A model generated the notes under the pieces. That model was not told the DNA's origin and did no database searches. It saw only the letters and a program-made list of their open reading frames with translations. A program made the translations under genes and the position numbers. Positions 25,699 through 36,453 of a stretch of 64,000 bases of DNA are shown piece by piece; the stretch's first letter is position 1, and each line of letters opens with the position of its first letter. The DNA comes from an uncultured Clostridia bacterium (GTDB taxonomy: Bacteria; Bacillota; Clostridia; Christensenellales; UBA1242): NCBI GenBank assembly GCA_944350085.1, contig CALVNY010000017.1:126690-190689 (forward strand). Direction: 5' to 3'.

Positions 25699-28284
25699 TT
25701 ATTCCTTTTTAGCAAGTTCTGCTAAATTTACAATCATATCAAATGCATTTAATGGTGTTAATGCATTTACATTTAATTCTTTTAACACATTTAAAATTTC
25801 TTGTGTGTATTTATTTTCATGTTTAGTTGTTAAATTTTTTTCAACTAAATTTGAATTTCTGTTTAATTCATTTTCTTCAAGAGTGTGTAAAATTTCTTTT
25901 GCACGAGTGATTACTTCATTTGGTATTCCAGCCAAACTTGCAACTTCAATACCAAAACTCTTATTTGTGCCACCTCTAACAATTTTTCTTAAAAACAATA
26001 TTGTGTTGTTAAATTCTTTTACAGAAATTCTATAATTTTTAACGCCTTCAAGGCTACCTTCAAGTTCTGTTAATTCGTGATAATGAGTGGCAAATAATGT
26101 TTTTGCTTTTAAATGTTTTGACAAATATTCCATTACGCTCCAAGCGATTGATAATCCGTCAAATGTGCTTGTTCCTCTGCCTACTTCATCAAGGATAATC
26201 AAACTATTGTTTGTTGCATATTTTAAAATATTGCTAACTTCCATCATTTCAACCATAAAAGTGCTTTGACCAAATGCAACATCATCACTAGCACCAACTC
26301 TAGTAAAAATTCTGTCAGTGATTGCAATTTTAGCCATAGTTGCTGGAACAAAACTTCCAATGTGTGCAAGCAAAGTAATTAATGCAACTTGACGCATATA
26401 CGTGCTTTTACCAGCCATATTTGGACCTGTTATTATCATAGTCCTATTTTCATTATTATCTAGCATAGTGTTGTTTGGAACAAACTGCTCATCTTTTAGC
26501 ATTTTTTCAACAACTGGATGCCTACCATCTATGATTTCTATTGAATTAACTTTGCTATTAATTTCAGGTTTTACATAATTGTTTTCATTAGCACAAATTG
26601 CCAGCGAAAGCAAAGAATCTAAGTTTGCTATTTGTCTTGCAGTTTGTTGCATAGCACTTATATTTGAAATTAATATTTGCCTAATTTCTTCAAAAAGTTT
26701 TTGTTCTAATTCAATTTTTCTATCTTCGGCATTTAAAATTTTGTCTTCAATGTTTTTTAATTCTTCTGTTATATATCTTTCACCATTGGTTGTTGTTTGT
26801 TTTCGTTGATATCTAAATGGAACTAAATCTAATTGACTTTTTGTAACTTCTATATAGTAGCCAAAAACCTTGTTAAATGCAATTTTTAAATTCTTTATTC
26901 CTGTTTCATCTTTTTCTTTTTGTTCTAATTGTGCTAACCAAATTTTGCCAGTTTGTGAAATGTTATTAATTTCATCAAGTTCTTTATTATAGCCTTGTTT
27001 AATATATCCGCCATCTTTCATATTGATTGGTGGATTTTCAACTATTGAATTATTAAGCAAGGTTGTAATTTCTTCGTAATTATAAATATCTCCATTTATC
27101 TCTTTAATCATTGAAGAATTACACTCATTTAAAACTTGTTTTAAATTTGGTAAAACTTTTAAGGAATTTAGTAATGCAATACAATCTCTTGGTGCTAAAT
27201 TTCCATAACTTATTTTTCCACATAATCTTTCAATATCATAAACATTTGACAACAAATCTTTAATTTCACCTTGAAGTCTTCTATTTGAAGATAGTTCTTG
27301 AACAGAATCTAATCTTTTGTTTATTTCAATTTCATCATTAAGTGGTTGGTCAACCCAACTATGTAAAACTCTACTTCCCATACTTGTTTGGGTTTTATCT
27401 AAAAGCCACAACAAAGAGCCACGCTTTTTTCTATCTCTAATTGTTTCGGTTAGTTCAAGGTTGCGTCTAGTGTTAACATCAAGTTGCATATATTTAGAAT
27501 TTTCTTGCAATATGATTTTGTTTATATGCGTTAAACTACGCTTTTGAGTTTCAAGTAAATAATTAATTAATGCACCTGAACTACAAACACAACTTGGTTT
27601 GTTTTTTATATTTAATGATATTAATTCAGTGATATTAAATTGTTTTGTTAATGTTTCATAGGCTTTATCAAAATTAAATTCATTTTCATCATATAAATTA
27701 AGTAATGGAGTGTTTCTTAAATATTTTAGGTTTGGAAGGTCTTTTGCTTCTTCGTTTGTTATAATTTCGCTAGGACAAATTCTTATTAATAAATCATTAA
27801 CAAATGTTGTTTGATTTAAACCTGAATATTCTGATGTAAAAACTTCGCCTGTTGAAATATCAACCCAACTAGCCCCTACTAAATTTGAAGATTTATATAA
27901 ACTTAAAATATAATTGTTTTGAGATTCATTAAGCATTGATGTGTCAATTAAAGTGCCGGGTGTTACAATTCTTACAACTTCCCTTTCAACAAGTTTAACA
28001 CCTTTTGTTGGAAGTGTAACTTGTTCGCATATTGCAACTTTATAGCCTGCTTCAATCAATTTTGAAATATAAGATTCTCCAGCATGATATGGAACTCCAC
28101 ACATTGGAGCACGCTCATCTAATCCACAGTCTTTGCCTGTTAATGTTAATTCTAACACTTTTGATGCTATAACTGCATCTTCAAAAAACATTTCATAAAA
28201 ATCGCCTAATCTATAAAAAAGTATACAATCTTTATATTGTTCTTTTGTTTTTAAATATTGTTGCATCATTGGTGAAAGTGCCAT
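25699..28284 (-). CDS. mutS: DNA mismatch repair protein MutS
   Basis: N-terminus TPMMQQY-like, mismatch-binding GDFYE, Walker A GPNMAGKST, and TLFATHYHEL. Confidence 0.97.
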   Translation of the reverse strand: MALSPMMQQYLKTKEQYKDCILFYRLGDFYEMFFEDAVIASKVLELTLTGKDCGLDERAPMCGVPYHAGESYISKLIEAGYKVAICEQVTLPTKGVKLVEREVVRIVTPGTLIDTSMLNESQNNYILSLYKSSNLVGASWVDISTGEVFTSEYSGLNQTTFVNDLLIRICPSEIITNEEAKDLPNLKYLRNTPLLNLYDENEFNFDKAYETLTKQFNITELISLNIKNKPSCVCSSGALINYLLETQKRSLTHINKIILQENSKYMQLDVNTRRNLELTETIRDRKKRGSLLWLLDKTQTSMGSRVLHSWVDQPLNDEIEINKRLDSVQELSSNRRLQGEIKDLLSNVYDIERLCGKISYGNLAPRDCIALLNSLKVLPNLKQVLNECNSSMIKEINGDIYNYEEITTLLNNSIVENPPINMKDGGYIKQGYNKELDEINNISQTGKIWLAQLEQKEKDETGIKNLKIAFNKVFGYYIEVTKSQLDLVPFRYQRKQTTTNGERYITEELKNIEDKILNAEDRKIELEQKLFEEIRQILISNISAMQQTARQIANLDSLLSLAICANENNYVKPEINSKVNSIEIIDGRHPVVEKMLKDEQFVPNNTMLDNNENRTMIITGPNMAGKSTYMRQVALITLLAHIGSFVPATMAKIAITDRIFTRVGASDDVAFGQSTFMVEMMEVSNILKYATNNSLIILDEVGRGTSTFDGLSIAWSVMEYLSKHLKAKTLFATHYHELTELEGSLEGVKNYRISVKEFNNTILFLRKIVRGGTNKSFGIEVASLAGIPNEVITRAKEILHTLEENELNRNSNLVEKNLTTKHENKYTQEILNVLKELNVNALTPLNAFDMIVNLAELAKKE

Positions 28285-28312
28285 ATTTTTCTCCTATGAA
28301 TAAAATTTTTTA

Positions 28313-29635
28313 TTATTTAACTATTTTTGCAATTAATTTGTTTCCTACAATAGCATCAACTTTTGCATTGTAATATGTTGCTACATTAACATTTTCATTA
28401 ATTACAACATTTTTTCCGCTGTCTGTTACACCAACAAAAGTTCCGTCATCTTTTTGTTCTTCAATTAAAACTTCTAAAGTTTTTCCAACTAATAGTTTGT
28501 TTTGTTCTTTAATCATGCTTTTAGATAAGTTTAAAAGTTCATTAACCCTTTTATGTTTTATATCGTCTGGTATTTGGTCTGGCATAGTTTCAGCAACAGT
28601 GCCAGTTCTTTTGCTGTACATAAAACCAAACACACCACCATAATTTACTTCTTTAACAAGAGAAATTGTTTCATTAAAGTCTTCATCTGTTTCACCCGGG
28701 AAGCCAACAATAATGTCAGTTGTAAGAAAAACATCTGGAATTTTTGCTTTGATTTTTTTAACTAATTCTAAGTAATGTTCTCTGGTGTATTTTCTATTCA
28801 TACTTTTTAAAATTTTAGAACTTCCAGATTGAACTGGCAAATGAATTGCTTTGCTTATTTTAGGGCTATTTGCAATAACATCTATAACTTCATCGGTTAA
28901 ATCTTTTGGATGCGAAGTCATAAATTTCAATCTAAAATCGCCGTCCAACATAGATATTTCTTTAAGCAAGTTTGCAAATGTTACATTTTTGTCGTTAATA
29001 TCGTTGCCATAGCTGTTAACATTTTGTCCAAGCAAAGTTATTACTTTATAACCTTCTTTAATTAAACCTTTTACTTCTTCAACAATGTCTTGCATATTTC
29101 GGCTTCTTTCCCTGCCACGAACATAAGGAACAATACAATATGAACAAAAATTGTTGCAACCATACATTATGTTAACCCAGGCGTTTAGTTTGCTTGTTCT
29201 GTACATTTCAACATTTTCATCTATTTCTTTTTCATTGTCCCAAACTTCATACAAATTTTTGTGAGTTTTATTGTATTCAATTAAATAATTTTTAAATTGG
29301 TTTAGATTGTGTGTTCCAAAAATTATATTAACAAACTTAAATTTTTCTTTAAAAATTTCAACCCTATCTTTTTGTTGAGTCATACAACCACAAATTGCAA
29401 CTATTAAATTTGGCTTAGATTTTTTTAATTTTTTAAGTGCACCAACATTTCCAAAAACTTTTTGCTCTGCACCATCTCTAATACAACAGGTGTTAAAAAC
29501 AATAACATCAGCATCCTTTTCATTTGAACATTCTGTATAACCTAAACTTACTAACATTCCAGCCAACTTTTCACTTTCGTGAACATTCATTTGGCAACCA
29601 TAAGTTTTAATAAAATATTTTTTAATTTCTTCCAT
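28313..29635 (-). CDS. miaB: tRNA-i6A37 methylthiotransferase MiaB
   Basis: MTTase N-domain (YGCQMN), radical-SAM CNNFCSYCIVPYVRG and a TRAM C-terminus. Located upstream of mutS, as in Bacillus ymcB-mutS. Confidence 0.9.
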   Translation of the reverse strand: MEEIKKYFIKTYGCQMNVHESEKLAGMLVSLGYTECSNEKDADVIVFNTCCIRDGAEQKVFGNVGALKKLKKSKPNLIVAICGCMTQQKDRVEIFKEKFKFVNIIFGTHNLNQFKNYLIEYNKTHKNLYEVWDNEKEIDENVEMYRTSKLNAWVNIMYGCNNFCSYCIVPYVRGRERSRNMQDIVEEVKGLIKEGYKVITLLGQNVNSYGNDINDKNVTFANLLKEISMLDGDFRLKFMTSHPKDLTDEVIDVIANSPKISKAIHLPVQSGSSKILKSMNRKYTREHYLELVKKIKAKIPDVFLTTDIIVGFPGETDEDFNETISLVKEVNYGGVFGFMYSKRTGTVAETMPDQIPDDIKHKRVNELLNLSKSMIKEQNKLLVGKTLEVLIEEQKDDGTFVGVTDSGKNVVINENVNVATYYNAKVDAIVGNKLIAKIVK

Positions 29636-29832
29636 AAAATTACCTTTTTTAAAAAATTACTACATTAAAGTATACTAAAATTTACTTATTTTTACAAGTT
29701 TAAATTTAAATATATATTAATTATTAAATATAAATACTAAATAATAAAAATTAACAAAAATTAGAAAATAAAATTTAAATATATTTTTAAAATATAAGCA
29801 TAATATTATTAGCAAATACAAAAGGTAAAAAT

Positions 29833-32181
29833 ATGAAAAAGACTTTAAAAATTTTATTTATTATTTTTAATATTTTTTTAATTTTAGGACTATGTTTTTT
29901 AGTTGCATTTAGTTTTTATTTAATTCAATTAAATTCAAGTTTAAAATTTGATAAAAACAAATTAGAATTAAGCAATATTAAGTTGGATATATATAACGAA
30001 GCAAATGAAATTATAAATGAAAATGAAAGTGCTAAAATTGATTTAAAAGAATTAAATGATTACACAGTTGCAGCGTTTTTAAGCATTGAAGACAAAGATT
30101 TTTATAAGCATAATGGCGTAAACTTAAAAAGAATTGCTGGTGCACTATTTAACAATATTAAAACCAAAAGTTTAAGCCAAGGTGCAAGTACAATATCTCA
30201 GCAACTAATAAAAAATACACACTTAACAAACGAAAAGACATTTAGCAGAAAAATAAAAGAAATTTTACTAACAAGAAAAATGGAAAACACATTAAGTAAA
30301 GATAAAATTTTAGAAACCTACTTAAATGTTATTTATTTTGGCGAAAGTGCATTTGGAATTGAACAAGCAAGCAATGTTTTTTTTAACAAAAATGCTAAAG
30401 ACTTAACAATTTCTGAAAGTGCAACTCTTGCAGGAATTATAAAATCGCCAGCAAAATATTCACCAGTTTACAATTATGAAAATTGCTTGGATAGACGAAA
30501 TTTGGTTTTAAAAGAAATGCTTGAAGACTATTACATTACAGAAGATGAATATAATAATGCAATTAACAGTGATATTAATTTAAACATCAATGTTGAAGCA
30601 AAAAGTAATTATAATAACTTATACATAAAACAAACATATGCCGAAGCAATGGAAATTTTAAATATTAGTGAAAAAGAAATTGGTTTAAATGGAATTAAAA
30701 TTTATACATATCAAAATCCAAACAAACAAAAGATATTAGATGATATAATAAAAAATGATGACTATTATTTAAAAAATAATTATGGAAATATTGCCGATAG
30801 TTTGGCTGTTATAATTAACAACAAAACAGGTGGTATTGAAGCTTATGCTGGACGAAGTGAATATGATTTGGTTAATTTGGTTCGACAACCAGGAAGTGCA
30901 ATTAAGCCTCCTTTGGTTTATTCCCCTGCACTAGAATATGGTTATATTAGCCCAATAACACCAATTCTTGATGAAAAGATAGAGTTTGATGGATATAGCC
31001 CTAACAACTTGGGAAATGTGTTCCATGGATATGTGAGCGCAACTAAAGCTGTTGCCGAAAGTTTAAATATACCTGCAGTAAAATTAACAAACTATGTGGG
31101 AATTGAAAAATGCAAAAATTTTGCAAAAAGATTAAATATTAATTTTAATGAAAACGACAACGGCTATGCAATTGCTTTGGGTGGATTTACTGATGGAATA
31201 AGATTGATTGATTTAACAAATAGTTATTTGCCATACTCAAATGATGGAAAAATTAAAGATGCAAAATTTATTAAAAAAATTGTTTCAAACACAGGCGAAG
31301 TTTTATATGAAAATAAGGAAAATGAAAGACAAGTTATGGGAGATGACACGGCATACTTAATGCATGATATGCTTTGCAACGGAGTAAAAGAAGGAACAAG
31401 CCGTGCACTTAAAAATTTGCCATATATGGTTGCAGGAAAAACAGGAACAGTTTGCGTTAAAGGTAGCAACAACAACACTGATGCAATTAGTGTTGCATAT
31501 ACAAGCAGTGACACAATGGGTGTTTGGTTTGGTAATACTTCATATAAAAAAGAATTTGAGTTGAGTAGTAAAAACAATGGTGGAACTTATGCAACTTATG
31601 TTATACGAGATGCTTTTAAAGAAATTTACAAAAATAATCAACCTAGTGATATTACAAAACCAGATAGTGTTATTGAAGTTGATATTGATATTAATGAATT
31701 AAATAAAAATCATAAAGTTTTGATTGCAAATGAAAATTGTCCGGATAGATATAAAATGAAAACTTTGGTTAGTGTTAATCATATCCCCGAAACATCAAAC
31801 GACAACTATTCTAATTTTAATATAGAAAATTTTGATTGTGTTTTAAAGGATAACAAAGTTTACATAACTTTTGAAACATTAGATTACATAAAATATGAAA
31901 TTGTTAGAGTTGTAAACAATAATGAAAGAGTTTTAGAAACAATAACTAATAATGATGGTTTGTATGAATTTGTTGATGATAGTGTTATGAATAATTGCAC
32001 ATATAATTATTATATTAAAGCCGAAAATTTAAGTTTGCATAGTACTAAGCAAACAGAAAAAATTTGCATTATAACGCCAAAATATAATGAAAATTATGTT
32101 AATATGCTAAAAAAACAAAATGAAAATATTAAAACGAATGATAATAAAAATAATAATTGGTATTATATTTCAAACTACTAA
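29833..32181 (+). CDS. class A penicillin-binding protein (glycosyltransferase + transpeptidase)
   Basis: N-terminal TM helix, GT51 motifs (EDKDFYKHNG, GASTISQQL), transpeptidase SAIKP and KTGT, plus a C-terminal extra domain. Confidence 0.9.
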   Translation: MKKTLKILFIIFNIFLILGLCFLVAFSFYLIQLNSSLKFDKNKLELSNIKLDIYNEANEIINENESAKIDLKELNDYTVAAFLSIEDKDFYKHNGVNLKRIAGALFNNIKTKSLSQGASTISQQLIKNTHLTNEKTFSRKIKEILLTRKMENTLSKDKILETYLNVIYFGESAFGIEQASNVFFNKNAKDLTISESATLAGIIKSPAKYSPVYNYENCLDRRNLVLKEMLEDYYITEDEYNNAINSDINLNINVEAKSNYNNLYIKQTYAEAMEILNISEKEIGLNGIKIYTYQNPNKQKILDDIIKNDDYYLKNNYGNIADSLAVIINNKTGGIEAYAGRSEYDLVNLVRQPGSAIKPPLVYSPALEYGYISPITPILDEKIEFDGYSPNNLGNVFHGYVSATKAVAESLNIPAVKLTNYVGIEKCKNFAKRLNINFNENDNGYAIALGGFTDGIRLIDLTNSYLPYSNDGKIKDAKFIKKIVSNTGEVLYENKENERQVMGDDTAYLMHDMLCNGVKEGTSRALKNLPYMVAGKTGTVCVKGSNNNTDAISVAYTSSDTMGVWFGNTSYKKEFELSSKNNGGTYATYVIRDAFKEIYKNNQPSDITKPDSVIEVDIDINELNKNHKVLIANENCPDRYKMKTLVSVNHIPETSNDNYSNFNIENFDCVLKDNKVYITFETLDYIKYEIVRVVNNNERVLETITNNDGLYEFVDDSVMNNCTYNYYIKAENLSLHSTKQTEKICIITPKYNENYVNMLKKQNENIKTNDNKNNNWYYISNY

Positions 32182-32211
32182 AAAAAAACTCTCTATTTAG
32201 AGAGTTTTTTA
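32182..32211. terminator. bidirectional terminator between the PBP gene and recA
   Basis: Stem ACTCTCT / AGAGAGT with loop ATTT, flanked by an A-run and a T-run. Confidence 0.8.
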
Positions 32212-32237
32212 ATTTTCTATTTTGTTTAAATTAAAAT

Positions 32238-33224
32238 CTAAAAATTTAGTTTTTCACGAACTAATTTTTCAATTTCTTCCATAACTGAAGGATTTTGTTC
32301 TAAGTAAAGTTTTGCATTTTCTTTGCCTTGACCAATCTTTTCGCCATTATATGCATACCAAGCACCACTCTTTTGGATAATATCATTATCACTTGCCATA
32401 TCCAAAATACAACCACTTTTGCTTATTCCCTTTCCATACATTAAGTCGAAATCTGCAACTTTAAATGGAGGTGCTAATTTGTTTTTAACAACTTTAACTT
32501 GTGTTTTATTTCCAATTATTTCAGTTCCTTCTTTTATGGTGTCTTTTTTTCTAACATCAAGTCTAATGCTTGTGTAGAATTTTAATGCTTTTCCACCAGG
32601 TGTTGTTTCAGGGTTTCCAAACATAACACCAATTTTTTCTCTTAATTGGTTAATAAAAATTACGCAAGTTTTGCTTTTGTTTGTTATGCCTGTTAATTTT
32701 CTTAAAGCTTGGCTCATTAATCTTGCTTGGCTTCCAATGAAATTATCACCCATTTCGCCATCAATTTCGCTTTTTGGGGTTAATGCTGCAACTGAGTCTA
32801 TAACTATGCAGTCAATAGCACCAGAGCGAACTAATGCTTCGCAAATGTCAAGTGCTTGTTCACCAGTGTCGGGTTGAGAAATATATAGTTCTGAAACATT
32901 TACTCCTAGTTTTTCAGCATAAACTGGGTCCAATGCGTGCTCAGCATCAATAAAAGCCGCAGTTCCACCCATTTTTTGTGCTTCTGCTAATATGTGCAAT
33001 GCACATGTTGTTTTACCAGAACTTTCTGGTCCATAAATTTCTATAATTCTTCCACGAGGTACTCCACCAATTCCTAAAGCATAATCTAATGTTAAGCAAC
33101 CTGTTGGAATTACTTCAATATTTGTTACAGGATTTTCACCAAATTTCATTATTGAACCTTTGCCAAATTGCTTTTCAATTTGTGAAATGGCTTGGTCTAA
33201 TAATTTTTTCTTTTCTTCGTTCAT
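32238..33224 (-). CDS. recA: recombinase RecA
   Basis: Walker [19 protein letters not shown] and full-length RecA identity. 328 aa, ending soon after the core. Confidence 0.97.
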   Translation of the reverse strand: MNEEKKKLLDQAISQIEKQFGKGSIMKFGENPVTNIEVIPTGCLTLDYALGIGGVPRGRIIEIYGPESSGKTTCALHILAEAQKMGGTAAFIDAEHALDPVYAEKLGVNVSELYISQPDTGEQALDICEALVRSGAIDCIVIDSVAALTPKSEIDGEMGDNFIGSQARLMSQALRKLTGITNKSKTCVIFINQLREKIGVMFGNPETTPGGKALKFYTSIRLDVRKKDTIKEGTEIIGNKTQVKVVKNKLAPPFKVADFDLMYGKGISKSGCILDMASDNDIIQKSGAWYAYNGEKIGQGKENAKLYLEQNPSVMEEIEKLVREKLNF

Positions 33225-33255
33225 TGTATTCCCCTTATTGTTTTAAATAATAATT

Positions 33256-33267
33256 GAACATTTGTTC
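33256..33267. promoter_or_regulatory. LexA (SOS) box at recA
   Basis: Perfect palindrome GAACATTTGTTC, 6 nt downstream of the predicted -10. Confidence 0.8.
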
Positions 33268-33273
33268 TATAAT

Positions 33274-33301
33274 ATTATATCGTACTTCTATAAATTTGCA
33301 A
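33274..33301 (-). promoter_or_regulatory. recA promoter
   Basis: On the minus strand: TTGCAA (33301-33296), 16 nt, TATAAT (33279-33274). The -10 contains the cinA stop codon. Confidence 0.55.
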
Positions 33302-34519
33302 ATCGTTTTGCTTTAATTTTTTAATTAAATAGAAAAATGAAGTTTTAGTTACGCCATCTATAATTTGTTCTTTTGTGCCCGAAAAAGTGTTTTTGTAAAC
33401 ATGAATACCATCAATGTCGCCAACAGCAATAAAACAAGTTTTTGTGTTGGATTCGTCACTAAATTCTTTAATGCTTCCGGTGTTTACCAAAACAACATCT
33501 GCCCCACTTGTTTCAAGAAGCCCTGCAGCCATTTCATAAGCAAACTCAACTGATTTTTCTGTGTAATTGTTAATAATGCTTTCACTAACTTTTAGCCTAT
33601 TTATTTTACTTGTTTTGCTACTTGCAAATATGCTTTCTTTTAAGTATTCTTGTGCTCCAGAATTGTTTGCAATAAATCTATGAGTTATGTCTGCTTCCGA
33701 AACGGTTTCTGCAATAGCCAAAGTTTTGTTGTAAATTTTTAATAATTCAAATGCTCTATTTTCAAGTTTTATATCTTCATCTGCGTATATATATTTTGAC
33801 AACCTTTCATAAATTGTCCTTAAAATGTTTTGCACAATTGAAGAATCTAATTGCCTATTATATCTAACAAGAATTTCAACTTCTAAATTTTTTGGAAAAG
33901 TTGTTATTAAAATTTTGTATTTGTTTTTAATGATATCGGCAAGTATTGATAAAATATCTTCTTCACAAATACCAAAAGTTTTAATTATATTATTTTCATA
34001 AATTATGTCTAAATTTTTGCTTATAATAGGCAAAAAATTAGTATAATAAATTTTTTGTATGGAAACTAAATCACAAGGTAAAAAGTAAATATTCTTTTTA
34101 GGATTTAAAATGTAAAATCCCTGTAAAGCACTAAATTCGTTTTTAATAATTTTTGCGTCTTGTGGAACATAAAATTCATTTTCATCTTCAAGTGTTACAG
34201 GCATATTGTTTTTAAAATAATAATTTTTTACAACATTTGCAAATTCATTATTTAAAACAATTTCTTGATTATAGTAAGTGCTTAATGATTTTTTTATGTT
34301 TGCATTTCTAATTGATGTTGTGTCACCAATAATTATAATATCATTTTCTTCAATGCTTTCAATAGTTTCAATTATTTGAACAGGGTTGTTTTGAATAACT
34401 ACATTTTTTTTTATAGTTACCCCACTCATCATAAGTTTTTTTGCTAAATACATAGCAATATTATCAAACTTTTTTCCTATTAAAATTTCATTACTTATTG
34501 TAATAATTGAAACTTTCAC
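33275..34519 (-). CDS. cinA: competence/damage-inducible protein CinA (MoCF-like N-domain + CinA/PncC C-domain)
   Basis: N-terminus MKVSIITISNEILIGK, a C-terminal CinA domain (LAIAETVS...G, FIAVGD), and the conserved pgsA-cinA-recA position. Confidence 0.8.
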   Translation of the reverse strand: MKVSIITISNEILIGKKFDNIAMYLAKKLMMSGVTIKKNVVIQNNPVQIIETIESIEENDIIIIGDTTSIRNANIKKSLSTYYNQEIVLNNEFANVVKNYYFKNNMPVTLEDENEFYVPQDAKIIKNEFSALQGFYILNPKKNIYFLPCDLVSIQKIYYTNFLPIISKNLDIIYENNIIKTFGICEEDILSILADIIKNKYKILITTFPKNLEVEILVRYNRQLDSSIVQNILRTIYERLSKYIYADEDIKLENRAFELLKIYNKTLAIAETVSEADITHRFIANNSGAQEYLKESIFASSKTSKINRLKVSESIINNYTEKSVEFAYEMAAGLLETSGADVVLVNTGSIKEFSDESNTKTCFIAVGDIDGIHVYKNTFSGTKEQIIDGVTKTSFFYLIKKLKQNDLQIYRSTI

Positions 34520-34528
34520 AATTCACCT

Positions 34529-35143
34529 TTATTTTTCGTTATCTAAAATTTCTTCTTTTTTGTTTTCTTTAAAAACTGCTCTATTTTTAACCAAATAGTT
34601 AACACCTGAAATAATTGTAAGCAATGTAGCAATTCCCATTAAAACGTAGCATATAACAGTATATGCAAATTCAAATGAACCTAAAAATGGTGTTACATTA
34701 TGTATTGCAAGTAGCATAAACAATGCTATTGCAACTGGTTGAAAGTTTGCTTTTATTTTTCCTAGCATGTCGGCAGCAAGAACAACATTTTTAGTTGCTG
34801 CAATTTGACGCAAAGCACTAACAATAAATTCTCTTGCAACTATAATAATAGTCATAATAACACCCCATGGTGCAATCATTGTTCCATCAGCCAAAATTAA
34901 TAATAGACCTGTTGTCATTAAAAGTTTGTCGGCTATTGGGTCTAAAAATTTTCCTAAATCGGTTACTAGCCCTCTGCTTCTAGCAATTTTGCCGTCTACT
35001 AAATCGGTAAATGCTATAACTGCAAAAAGCACTAAAGCAATTATTTTTCCTATTGCATTAGGAATAAAATCAGCAAGATAAAAAAACATAACAAATGGTA
35101 TAGCAATTATTCTTGTCATACTTATTTTATTTGGTAAATTCAT
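34529..35143 (-). CDS. pgsA: CDP-diacylglycerol--glycerol-3-phosphate 3-phosphatidyltransferase
   Basis: CDP-alcohol phosphatidyltransferase motif DLVDGKIARSRGLVTDLGKFLDPIADK. Confidence 0.9.
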   Translation of the reverse strand: MNLPNKISMTRIIAIPFVMFFYLADFIPNAIGKIIALVLFAVIAFTDLVDGKIARSRGLVTDLGKFLDPIADKLLMTTGLLLILADGTMIAPWGVIMTIIIVAREFIVSALRQIAATKNVVLAADMLGKIKANFQPVAIALFMLLAIHNVTPFLGSFEFAYTVICYVLMGIATLLTIISGVNYLVKNRAVFKENKKEEILDNEK

Positions 35144-36453
35144 TTTATTATTTCTCCTTCTAAATCATAATTTAAAATATTTATAATTTTAACCTTGTAA
35201 TACTTGCCACAAACAAGGTTATTATTATTAACATAAATAACTGTGTCAACATAAGGACATTGATATTCACTTCGCATTATAGCATAATCGCCTTCAATTT
35301 TGTCAACAACACAATCTAAAACTTGGTTTATTAGTTTTGAATTGTTTTCTAAAACAACTTTATATTGAGTTTTACCTGCAACATTAACTCTATGCTTTTT
35401 AATAAAATTTGGCACTTGATGTTTTAGCAAACTTGCAGGTGTTCCATCTTCCCTTGAATATGCAAAAAATCCAACATTTGTAAGTTTTTGTTCTTTAATA
35501 AAATTACAAAGTTCTTTGAATTGCTTTTTTGTTTCACCCGGGAAGCCAACAATAAATGTTGTTCTAATTGAAATATTAGGCATTTTTTCACGCATTCTAT
35601 TAATTAAATTAATAATTTCTTCTTTTGTGTTTCTTCTATGCATTGCACGAAGGATATCGTTATTTACATGTTGAAGTGGCATATCAATATATTTGCAAAC
35701 TTTTTTATTTTCAGCCATTTCATCAATAAGTTCCTGAGTAATAAGTTCTGGATAACAATATAAAAGCCTAATATGTTTTAGATTTTTAATTTTGCTAAGT
35801 TCTCTAATTAATTGAACTAGCCTATGTTCGCCATATAAATCCTTTCCATATTTTGTTACATCTTGTGCAACTAAAATTAATTCTTTAACCCCATTGTTTA
35901 CTAGCGCCTGTGCTTGCTTTAATAACTCTTCAATTGGAACACTAGTAAATCTGCCTCTAATATATGGAATTGTACAATATGAACAGAAATTGTTACAACC
36001 ATCTGCAATTTTTAAATAAGCAAAATGTTTTGGTGTTGTTAGAACTCTATTATATGGTGTTTTATCAACAATGTTTTCTACACCATAGAGTTTTGCAATT
36101 TCGGTTGTAATATTTTTATTGTTTTCAATTTCTAAAAAAAGGTCAACCTCTGGCAAACTATTTTTAACTTCATCAAGTTTATATTTTGTTAAACAACCAG
36201 TAACTATCAATTTTTCTAGTGACAAGTTTTTATAACTTGCCATTTGAAGTATTGTGTCAACACTTTCCTTTCTTGACGCTTCCAAAAAAGCACAAGTGTT
36301 TACAATTATAATATTTGCTTCTTCTGGATTGTTGGTTATTTTAAATCCAAACTGTTTTATTTTTGCAATAATTTCTTCTAAGTCTACTCTATTTTTATCA
36401 CAACCAAGTGATATAAAACCAACCTTTTTATTCTTTAGTGTTTTTAAGTCCAT
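35140..36453 (-). CDS. rimO: ribosomal protein S12 methylthiotransferase RimO
   Basis: MTTase N-domain (LGCDKN), radical-SAM CNNFCSYCTIPYIRG and a TRAM end. Located downstream of ftsK. Confidence 0.88.
   Translation of the reverse strand: MDLKTLKNKKVGFISLGCDKNRVDLEEIIAKIKQFGFKITNNPEEANIIIVNTCAFLEASRKESVDTILQMASYKNLSLEKLIVTGCLTKYKLDEVKNSLPEVDLFLEIENNKNITTEIAKLYGVENIVDKTPYNRVLTTPKHFAYLKIADGCNNFCSYCTIPYIRGRFTSVPIEELLKQAQALVNNGVKELILVAQDVTKYGKDLYGEHRLVQLIRELSKIKNLKHIRLLYCYPELITQELIDEMAENKKVCKYIDMPLQHVNNDILRAMHRRNTKEEIINLINRMREKMPNISIRTTFIVGFPGETKKQFKELCNFIKEQKLTNVGFFAYSREDGTPASLLKHQVPNFIKKHRVNVAGKTQYKVVLENNSKLINQVLDCVVDKIEGDYAIMRSEYQCPYVDTVIYVNNNNLVCGKYYKVKIINILNYDLEGEIIK

Noticed and set aside
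25331-26035. 234-aa plus-strand ORF spanning the mutL/mutS junction.
   Set aside because: It lies entirely antisense to two strongly supported genes. It has no SD and a hydrophobic/Ser-rich composition typical of shadow ORFs opposite conserved coding sequence.
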